Under the pieces are notes generated by a model that saw only the letters and a list, made by a program, of their open reading frames with translations, searched no databases and was not told where the DNA came from. A stretch of 64,000 nt of DNA from an uncultured Planctomycetaceae bacterium (GTDB lineage: Bacteria > Planctomycetota > Planctomycetia > Isosphaerales > Isosphaeraceae). Both the position numbers and the translations under genes were made by a program. Positions 19,873-29,800 of the stretch are shown piece by piece. The stretch covers positions 608,001 to 672,000 of the forward strand of contig CAWIAD010000002.1 in NCBI GenBank assembly GCA_963833985.1. Reading direction: 5' to 3'. Each line of letters begins with the position of its first letter. Positions within the stretch are counted from its first letter, which is position 1.

Positions 19873-20409
19873 GTGCCGCACAAGGTGGACATCCTCATCA
19901 GCGAGTCGGAGATCCAGGAGCGCGTGCGTGCGCTCGGCAAGCAGATCGAGATCGATTACCGCGACCAGCCGCTGACCATCCTTGCCGTGCTGACCGGCAG
20001 CCTGATCTTGCTGGCGGACCTGGTGCGGCAGATCGGCATCCCGCACCGCATCGCCCTGATCCAGACCAGCAGCTACCGGGGAGCGACCACCGTGCCCGGC
20101 TCGCTGGTCATCAACGAATCGTTCGCTCCGGACGTTGCGAACCGCGACATCCTGCTGCTCGACGACATCCTCGATACGGGCAGGACGCTCGATGCTCTGG
20201 TGCGGCAGCTTGCCAGTCGAGGTGCGCGAAGCGTTCGAACGGCTGTGCTGCTGCGCAAGCTGGGCCGGCAAGAGGTCCCGTTCGAGCCCGATTACTGTGG
20301 GTTCACGATCCCCGATGCGTTCGTCGTTGGCTACGGCCTGGATTTCAACGACGACTACCGGCACTTGCCGTTTGTCGGAGTGCTGAAGGAAGGCGCGGCG
20401 AGCGAGTGA
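19873..20409 (+). CDS. hpt: Hypoxanthine phosphoribosyltransferase
   Basis: ILLLDDILDTGRTL PRPP motif, FVVGYGLDFN. Confidence 0.95.
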   Translation: MPHKVDILISESEIQERVRALGKQIEIDYRDQPLTILAVLTGSLILLADLVRQIGIPHRIALIQTSSYRGATTVPGSLVINESFAPDVANRDILLLDDILDTGRTLDALVRQLASRGARSVRTAVLLRKLGRQEVPFEPDYCGFTIPDAFVVGYGLDFNDDYRHLPFVGVLKEGAASE

Positions 20410-20537
20410 CCCGTGCGTTCGTAGGTATGTCAGCGTTCGGTGCATCGCAGATGGCAGAGGACAGACCCGCCACGGTTTCCAGGGACCACGCAACGCTCGC
20501 CACAGGCCGCTTGCCACGTCGTGAAGTCCGGGATCCC

Positions 20538-21698
20538 ATGCGGCTGGCACTGGTCACGCGCCGATACCCGCCGCTCATCGGCGGGGCGGAGAAGGTCCTC
20601 GGCTATCTTGCCGAGGCGCTGGCCGGTGCGGGTACGCTGGTCACGGTGTTGACTTCCCGCGCGGCGGGCGCCGGAGGGCTCCCCGCGATCGAAGAGGTCG
20701 CGGTTCCCCGCCATCTCGGTTGTGGACGCTTGACGGTGGTGCGGCTGGCGACCTCACAAGCTCGTTTCGTGGGCACCTGGCTTTACATGCAGAACCTGAG
20801 GCGCTGGTTCGCCAGGAATCCCATCGACCTGGCCTATGTTTCCATGCTCAAGCATGACGCCTACGTGGCCGTCGAGGCCGGACGCCGCATGGGGTTTCCG
20901 GTCGTCTTGCGGCCGGAGGGCGCGGGTGCCACCGGTGATCTCGCCTGGCAGGGCTGGGGGAACTTCGGGCGGAGAATTGGTGCACGCTGCAAGCGGGCCG
21001 ATGCGTTCGTGGCGATCTCACGCGCGATCGCGCGTGAGCTGGTCGCGGCAGGCTACGACGCATCGCGAATTCACTCGTTGCCCAACGGCGTGCCGGTGCC
21101 GAACGATCCCTGGCAGCGCCGGCCGGAGTGGCGAGCCGCGCCGCGGGCGGTCTACGTGGGACGGCTGGCACCCGAGAAGGGCCTGAGTACGTTGCTCCGC
21201 GCCTGGCCGGCGGTGCTGAAGATCCATTCCCGGGCTCGCCTCACGCTCCTGGGCGAAGGCCCCGAGCGAGAGCGGCTGGAAGCCGAGGTCCGCTCGCTGG
21301 GCCTCTCACTGGGAACGGACCAGGCGGTCGAGCTTCCCGGAGCCGTCAGCGACGTGACCTGCGCCCTGCGGAACGCCGATCTGTTCGTCTTGCCGTCCCG
21401 GGAAGAAGGCATGAGCATCGCGCTGCTGGAGGCGATGGCACTGGGCATTCCGCTGGTGGCCTCCTCGATCCCGGGAAACCGCCGCCTGGTGAGCGACTTC
21501 AAGCATGGCCGCCTGGCGCCGCCGGACAATCCTTCCCTGCTGGCGACGGCGATCCTCCAGCAATGGGAAGATTTCGACCGCGCCTTCCACATGAGCCGCA
21601 CCGCGCGGGGGCGTGTCGAACACGAGTTCTCGATCACTGCCGTGGCGCGGCAGCACCTGGCGCTGTTCGAGAGCCTTCTGGAACCACGAGGGAAATGA
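20538..21698 (+). CDS. GT4 family glycosyltransferase
   Basis: GGAEK, VGRLAPEKG, LPSREEGMSIALLEAMA. Confidence 0.92.
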   Translation: MRLALVTRRYPPLIGGAEKVLGYLAEALAGAGTLVTVLTSRAAGAGGLPAIEEVAVPRHLGCGRLTVVRLATSQARFVGTWLYMQNLRRWFARNPIDLAYVSMLKHDAYVAVEAGRRMGFPVVLRPEGAGATGDLAWQGWGNFGRRIGARCKRADAFVAISRAIARELVAAGYDASRIHSLPNGVPVPNDPWQRRPEWRAAPRAVYVGRLAPEKGLSTLLRAWPAVLKIHSRARLTLLGEGPERERLEAEVRSLGLSLGTDQAVELPGAVSDVTCALRNADLFVLPSREEGMSIALLEAMALGIPLVASSIPGNRRLVSDFKHGRLAPPDNPSLLATAILQQWEDFDRAFHMSRTARGRVEHEFSITAVARQHLALFESLLEPRGK

Positions 21699-21702
21699 TC
21701 CC

Positions 21703-22850
21703 GTGCTCAAGGTCTTGCAGTTGATCCCGACGCTCGATCGCTCGGGCGCCGAGAAGCAGATGGTCTTGCTGGCCAGCGGACTGCCGAAGGACCGGTTCCG
21801 CGTCGAGGTGGCCGCCTTGACCAGGCTGGGCCCGCTGCAAGCCGAGCTCGAGGCAGCGGGCATACCGATCACCGCGCTGGGCAAGCGGTTCAAGGTCGAC
21901 CCGCTGGCTCTCTCCAGGCTCGTGCGGTTTCTCAAGGCCGGGAGCTTCGACGTGGTCCAGACCTGGATCTTCGCCGCCAACACGTACGGCCGGGTCGCGG
22001 CCCGCCTGGCGAAGGTTCCGGTCGTGATCACCACCGAGATGGCCGTCGATCTCTGGAAGGGCAGGGTGGAACGGTCGATCGATCGGCGGCTGGCCTCGTG
22101 GTGCGACCGCCTGGTGGGGAACTCGCATGCGGTCGTCGACTACTATCGCGCGCTGGGCGTACCCGAAGACCGGCTGATGATGATTTACTCCGGCATCGGT
22201 GCCGGAGAGCCTCCCGCGGTCGATCCGGCTGCCGTTCGCCTGGAGCATGGCTTTGCGGCGGATGCGCCCTGGTGTTCTTCGCGGGCCGGCTGGCAGGGCA
22301 GAAGCGCGTCGAGGACCTGCTCAAGGCGCTCGACCTGCTTCAGCACGTGCAGCCCGACGTGCGAACCTTGATCGCCGGCGACGGCCCGCTCCGCGCTGAG
22401 CTCGAGGAGAACGCCGGGCTCTACCACCTGACGGAACGGGTCCGGTTCCTGGGTCATCGCGAGGACGTGCCCCGGCTCATGGCCGCCGCCGACCTCGTCG
22501 TGCTGCCCAGCGCCTATGAGGGGCTGCCGAATCTGCTGCTCGAAGCCATGATGTTCAGGAAGCCCGTCGTGGCCACGGCCGCACCGGGGACCACGGAGGT
22601 CGTGGTCGACGGCGAGACCGGCGTGCTGGTCCCCGTGGCCAACCCTCAGCTCCTGGCCCGCGCGATCCGCGACCTCGTCCGCGACCCCGAGCTTGGCCGA
22701 CGGCTGGGTGCGGCCGCACGTGCACACGTCGAGACGAAATTCCCGGTCCGGGCCATGATCGACCAGTTCGCCGCGCTTTATGAGGAGCTGGCCATGAAGC
22801 GGCGTCTGAGTGTCTCGGGAAGCACGGAAGCCACGAGCCGGAGCCGTTGA
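21703..22850 (+). CDS. GT4 family glycosyltransferase; frameshift near 22267
   Basis: LIPTLDRSGAEKQ in one frame; FAGRLAGQKR and LPSAYEGLPNLLLEAM in another. Confidence 0.88.
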
Positions 22851-22922
22851 TCGCACCGTTCCGGAACCCGGCTGGGGCGGCGCGTGCCCATGAATGAATC
22901 AGGCCAAACCCCGGCGGCCCGA

Positions 22923-23628
22923 TCAGTTCTTGCCCGGGAAATCGAACCATTCTCCGGGCTGGAGCACCACGGGCGTCGCGCTGGTTTCCGCCCGGACGCG
23001 CGCGGCCCAGGCGCTGGCGTCCTGCGTGATGGGCGGGAAGGTGTTGTAGTGGATGGGCAGCACGAACCGCGGCTTGATCAGCTTGACGGTGCGCAGGGCA
23101 TCGTCCGGGCCCATGGTGTAGTAGTCGCCGATCGGCAAGACCGCCAGGTCGATCTCTTCCTCACCGATCAGGGCCATGTCGCCGAAGAGCGCGGTGTCGG
23201 CGGCGTCGTAGATCCTGGTTCCATCAGCACAGGTGATGAGGAACCCGCAGGGGTTGCCGCCGTTGCTGCCGTCCGGCAGCGCCGAGCCGTGAAATGCCAG
23301 GGTGAGCTTGACGCGCAGGCCGCTCTGGAAGGTGTATCCGCCGCCATGCTGCATGCCGTGGACCTGCGACACCTTGCGCGGCTCTTCTTGCAGCCAGTTG
23401 CTGATCTCGTAGTTGCAGACGACCGGCGCCGGTCCTCCTGGAAATGGCCACGGCATCGCCCACGTGATCGCCGTGGCCGTGCGAGACCAGGATCAGGTCG
23501 GCCGGAACCTGCTCGGCGGTCGCGGCCGCCTTGGGGTTGCCCGTCAGAAACGGGTCAATGAGCACGTTCTCTCCCCCGGTTTCCAGCAGCAGGCAGGAGT
23601 GGCCCAACCATCGAAGTCGTGTCGCCAT
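22923..23628 (-). CDS. Metallo-beta-lactamase-fold metal-dependent hydrolase (UPF0173-like); frameshift near 23428
   Basis: WLGHSC, SHGHGDHVGD, AFHGS, LPIGDYYTMGP, PIHYNTFP. Confidence 0.88.
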
Positions 23629-23834
23629 GATGAGTTCTCTGCTTGACCGTGACGGAACCCCGCGCGAGGGAATCGGCCCGCGGAGGCCTGACTTGCGCGG
23701 GGCCATGGGACGCCCGGCCCGGCCGACCCAACGTCCCCTACCCGGAGATCATGCCCCACGAGGCGCAGGCTGGCAACAGCTTTCTCCCGCGTAGCGGGCC
23801 GCGCCGCGATGGCTGGAGCCCGCGATCACTCCGC

Positions 23835-26800
23835 TCAGCGGCGGAAGGCGTGGAACGGGCGCTTCATGGCGGCGCTCGCCACGGCCGAGGTCCGGTGAGT
23901 CAAGCGTGACGCCGCGGGCTTGACGCTCGAGCTTGACGCGTTCACCACTCCCGCGCTGATTCTGGTGCCGGCGACCGTCGAGCCCGGTGCGAAAGGGTAC
24001 TGGCTGATGAGGAAGGGCGGCGAGTGCAGCTTCACCCGGACGTCGCCGAAGGAACCCAGACCCCACAGGGTGTTGCCCAGGTACGCCATGCCCGAGCTGG
24101 TGCGCGTTTTCCTCAGCGTCCCCGAGAGGACCGTATGGTGCGGGACCTCGCCCACCACCGACAGCTTGATTCCCTGGCCGGTACCGCTCATCCAGTCGTC
24201 GAGGATGCCTCCACCCGTGATCTTGAGATTCACCTGGTCGCCGCTGGACGTGTAGTAGCGGAGGTTCGTACCGCGGGCAATCATGGCGGTGTAGTCGGTG
24301 GCCGGCGTGCTGCCGTTGCCGGCCAGCATGTTGCCGCCGATGTCCTCGACTCCCCCAGGCGAGAGGCCGTTGATCTGAAGGTGGAAGAACTGGTTCGCGC
24401 GGAGAGGCTGCGCCGGGGTCAAGGTCACAGTCCAGATCGACGAGGTATAGCTCGGCGCTTCGAGCGGGACTCCCGTGTCGTCGAGCGTCCCATACCTGCC
24501 GTCCGCCCCCACGTTGACCAGCGCGTAGTTGTTCGGATCAACGGCCGTCCCGGCGATGAGCGGCTTGTTGAAGGTGACGAAGATCTGCCGGATGTTTTGC
24601 GTGGTCCCGGTCCACTGCACATTGGTGACGGTGAGTGGCGTGTGGTTGGGATCGATGTCCTGGATGGTGAGTGTCGCGTTGCTGGGTGAGCCCAGGATGG
24701 CCTGTCCCGGCAGCCCGGCAGGAATGAACGTTTGAATGCCGTTCAGCACCACGCCCACCAGCTCGTCATGGCTATCGTACGGATTGGCCAGCACCGGAAC
24801 GACGATTGTTTGCGAGCTGATCCCCGGTGCGAAGGTGAGCGTCCCCGAGACCGGCGTGTAATCCAGGCCGGGGGTCGCATTGATGGCCACCGTCTGGTAA
24901 TTGACCGTGATGGTGCCGCGCAGGCCGTCCACACGGTTCACGGTGAGCGTCGCGGAGGCCGCGTTTTCCGGAACCGCGTAAGCCCCCGCGCTGAATTCAA
25001 TGGTCCCCACATGGTCGAGGACCGTGGTCGACGCGCTGGCCGAGTTGTTCGAGGTATCCGTATCGGTCTCGTTGGCCGCGACGCGGGTCGTGGCGTTGAA
25101 GGTGCCGAAGGCGGAGGGCACAAGCGCGTAGGTGACTGTGAACGACGCACCCGCAGCCAGCGTGCTTACGTTGGCCACGACATCCGATCCGACCAGGCTG
25201 ACCGTGCCAGACGGGCTCACCGTCCCCGAACCGGCCACGTAGGTTGCATTGCCCAGGGGACTGGTGACGACCAGGGCGGTGGCCGGAGACGGGCCGCAGT
25301 TGGTGACGACGAGTGTATAGTTGATCTTGCCGCCTAGCTCGATGGGTTCGGGTGTCGCCGTGAACTGGGTGACGCTCAGGTCGACCGCGGGGGCGATGGT
25401 CGTCAGGGCGTGGGACGTATTGCTTGTCGTGTCGGGATCGTGCTCGTTGCCGGCAATCGTCGCGGTATCGGTCAATGGCGAGTGCCCGACCGCGGCCGCG
25501 GTGGGCGTCACCGTGATCACCAGGGTGACCGATGCCTGCACGGCAAGGTCGCCCACGTTGAAGGTCAACTTGCCGGAGCTGTCGGGGGTGACGCCACCGG
25601 TCGCGGAGACGAACGTCACGTCGGTGGGGAGGGGAGGCAACACATCAATGACCGTCACGCCGGTGGCTGGTGACGGACCGTTGTTGGTTGCCGTGATCGT
25701 GTACTCGAGCGGTTGACCCGCAAGGCTCGACGTGGGCGCCGAGACGTTCACCGCCAGGTCCGCGCTGGGGACCACCGTGGTGACGCTCTTGGCCGTGTTG
25801 TTCTGCGGCGAGGTATCGGCATTCTGCCCGGAGATGGTGACGCTGTTAGTCACCTGGCCGGCGGCTGCGGCCTGCGGTGTGACGATGATCGTCATGGTCA
25901 CGGGCGTGCCGCCCACGGCCAGGCTGCCCAGGTCAGCCGTCACCACATTGCCCACGATGACCGGATCCACGCCCGGTAGTGACGTCGTGGCCGAGACGAT
26001 GGACAGGCTCGTGGGCACGTTGTCGGTGAGCACGGCCGCCGGCTCGGCGGACGGCCCGGCGTTGCTGGCCGTGATCGTGTACGTGATCTGGTCGCCCACG
26101 TAGACCGGCCCTGTCGTGGCCGTCATGCCCACCTGGAGATCGCTCACGGGAATGACCGGCACAGAGACGCTCGCGGTGTCGTTGCTGGAGTTGGGATCGA
26201 ACTGGTCGCCCGCCACCGTGGCCATGTCGGTCGTGGGCGAGGCACTCGTTCCCATGGTGGAAACGATGACCTGGAAGATTGCCGACTTGCTGTTCGCAAG
26301 ATCCACCGCGGCGAAGGTGATCACGTTTTTTGAGTCCGGCGTGACACCTCCGGTCGCGGAGACGAACGTCACATCACCGGGGATCGTGTCGGTCACGACC
26401 ACGCCCGTGGCGTCGGAGGGGCCGTTGTTCGTGGCGGTGATCGTGTAGGTCACCTGCATGCCGGCGTCGACGGGCGTCGGATTCGGGCTGATGACGACCT
26501 GGAGATCGGCCGCGGGACTGATCGTGTTGGTGGTGGTCTGCGTATTGTTGCCAGTGTTCGAGTCGAACTCATTCCCAGTGATCGTGGCCGTGTTCGAGAG
26601 GGGCGAATCCGCCACGGCGGCTGCGTTCGGCGTCACCGTGATGGTGACCGTCACCGGAGTTCCCGAGGCCAGGTCACCAAAGTCGGCCGTGACGACGTTA
26701 CCGTTCACCGTGGGAGTCACGCCCGAGATGGATGTCACGGCCGATATGGAACCGATGTCGGTCAGCGAGGGAAGGGTGTCGGTGACGATCACTCCCGTTG

Positions 26801-29800
26801 CGTTCGACGGACCATGGTTCACGGCCGTGATCGTGTAAACCAGGTTCACGCCTGCGTAGTTCGGCGCGGGGGTGGTGGCGATGGAGCTGATGGCGAGGTC
26901 GGTCACAGGCGCGACCGCCGTGACCGTCGTGATGCTGGTGGGGCTGCCGGTGTTCGTATCCGTGGTAGTGACGCTCGCGCTGTTGCTCACCTGGGGGACA
27001 GCGGCGGAGCCGACCGTGACGTCGATCGTCACCGTGGCCGTGCTGTTGGCCGGGACCGTGCCGACGGCCGCGGTGACGATGCCGTTGCTCTGCGTGATCT
27101 TGGCTCCGGCGATCGAGCTTGTGCCCGACTGGTAGATGACATTGGCGTCGAGGGTATCGGTCACCACCACGCCGGGAGCCGGCTCGGAGCTGCTGTTGGT
27201 GAGCGTAATCGTGTACACGAGCGTGCTGCCGACGTACACCACCGTGCCCGTGCTGGGCTGGGCGGTCACGCCGATGCTCAGACTCGTGACGGCCTGCGAC
27301 GTGACATCCTGTCCGAACTCGGAGGTATTGCCGCTGGGATCAGTCGCCGTGGCCGTGACATACGATCCGGTCGGCACGGACACTCCGGTCAAGAGAGCCG
27401 TGAAGCTGGCGTTACTGCTGCTATCGGTGGTGACCATCGCCGATCCCAGGTAGGTCTGGCCCTGGCCGTACCCGGAGGGGTCCGCCGCGACGTTCGAGAA
27501 AAACTGGACCAGGAAAGTGGTGCTGGGCGCGGCGTTCAGGCTGCCCTGGATGGTGGTGTCGCCAGAGCTGGAGACGGCCGAGGTCAGTACGGGGTAGTTC
27601 TGGAAGTTGTTCGGCCCCGAGCCGGGTGTGACGCCCGGAGGCCAGGGGTGGTTTGGCGTCGGTCCATTGGCGAAGTTGATGCCCAGGCCGCCATTGCCGA
27701 AGATCGAGTTCGAGAGGATGGAGTTCTCATTCACGTTGAACGTGAATTCGATTCCATTGCCACTGTTGTGGGCGATGATGTTCCCCGCGCCGGATGTCGT
27801 GCCGCCGATGGTGATGTTGTTGGACCAGAGGTCGATGCCCGCCCCGCTATTGCCCAGGTTCAGCGTGCCCGTGGGATCGGTGCCAATCCAGTTTCCCTCG
27901 ATGACCGTGCCGGCGCCGCTGCCGACCGTGAAGTCGATGCCGTCGCCGTTGTTAGACGAGATGATGTTCCCGGCGCCGGGCGCCGTGCCGCCGATGGTGT
28001 TATTCAGCGGCCCGGCGATGCGGATACCGACCTTGCCGTTGGGCAGGGCCTTGATGCCCGTGACATCAACGCCAATGTAATTCCCCTGGATCACCTCGTA
28101 GCCCACGGAGTTCAGCGTGAAGCTATCCATGCCGCCGGAGGCGTTGCCCGAGATGATGTTGCGGGCGGCCGCCGACGTGCCGCCCACGGTGGCATAGGAG
28201 GCGTCGTTCCAGAGGATCCCCACTCCGTTGCCAATTGCCAGTGTCCCGGTGGCATCGGTTCCAATGAAGTTGCCCTGCACGAGTGCGTTGTCGCCCGCGC
28301 CCAGTGCGATGCCGTCGCTCTTGTTCCCCGAGATCAGGTTCCGCGCGCCGGAGACGGTGCCGCCGATCGTGGTGTTGTCCGCCCCGTGCTGCCAGATGCC
28401 GTCGTTGTTGTTGGGCACGGCCGCCAGGCCGCTCGGGCTCAAACCGATGATGTTCCCCTCGATCAGCGTGGCGGAGGAATTTGCCTGCAAGGCGGCATTG
28501 GCCAGCTCGATGCCGTTCTGCGTGTTCCCCGAGATCACGTTCCCGGCGCCCGTCGCGGTTCCACCGATCGTCGTGCCCGAGGAGGTGAGGATCTGGATGC
28601 CGTCGATCACATTGGGCACCGGAGAGGTGCCGCCGGAGTTCGTGCCGATGAAGTTCCCCTGGACGAGCGTATTCGTGTTGCCGTAGTCGGTTCCGCTGAT
28701 CGTCAGGACGTCCAGCAGAATTCCGTTCTGCGTGTTGCCCGAGATCAGGTTGTCGAGGATGTGCGTACCCTGAACACCCTGAAGGTGCACGCCATTCCTG
28801 GAATTGGGCAATGCCGCCAACCCGTCCGGCGTGGTTCCGATCAGGTTCCACTCGACCACGTTGTTGCTTGCGGACCCGCTCGACTGGCTGATGAGCACGC
28901 CATCGGTCGTGTTCCCCGAGATCACGTTGCCCGCCGCGGCCGACGTGCCGCCCAGCGTATTCTGGCTGGAGAGCAGGATCACGCCGCCCGCCGTGTTGCC
29001 CAGGTTCGTATCGCCGCTCGCATCGGTGCCAACGAAGTTGCCCTCGACCTGAGTGCCCGTGGAGGTGCCCATGATCTGGATGCCCGCGCTGCCGTTGGCG
29101 GCGATCACGTTGCCGGCCCCGGCTGCCGTCCCGCCGATCAGCACGTTCGCTGGACCGTCTAAGAGCACGCCGTTGCCGCCGTTGCCAAGCGGGACGTACG
29201 TGAACCCGCTGCTGGACTTCATGGTGAACTGCTGGATCCAGGTCCCCCAGTTGGCGCCCTGCTGCGTGGCGATCGCGTACTCGTTGACCGCCCAGAGGCT
29301 GCCGCTGGCGGGGTCCACAGCCATCCCGCTGTAGGTGCCCACGAGAAACGGAGATGTATCGAAGCCGGCATACGTGGCCACGCCGGCCTGCACCAGGACG
29401 GGCTTCAGCATCACGCCGGGGCTCGCGCCTTTGAGCTGCCCGGTCACGTACATCGACATGAACTCGGTGCTCGACGATTCCATGAATGTCATGCCGAGAT
29501 TCCCGTTCGGATCGATCTCGATCGACGGGTAGAACGTGGCGACGCCCGTCCCCTGGTTGATGTTTCCGCTTTGCACCAGGGAGGGCGTGAACTGGGGATT
29601 GGTCGAGTCGGTGCTGAACTCGTACCAGCGGGCGTTGGGATCGCTATTGCCGTTGTCGATCGTGTGCGCGGCGACCAGGCGATTGTTCCGCCAGGCCACG
29701 CTCAGCATGCGGATGTCGCCGGTAAAGAGCGTGTTCGAGGAGCCTTGCTGGTTGGCATTCGTCGGATCCAGGTAGGTGGGAACGGTGAGCTGGGTGTCCG

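Noticed and set aside
26814..29162. Long antisense ORFs (782 aa here; also 55976..57931, 38948..40855, 17204..18730)
   Set aside because: Shadow frames of high-GC genes, with no recognisable motifs.
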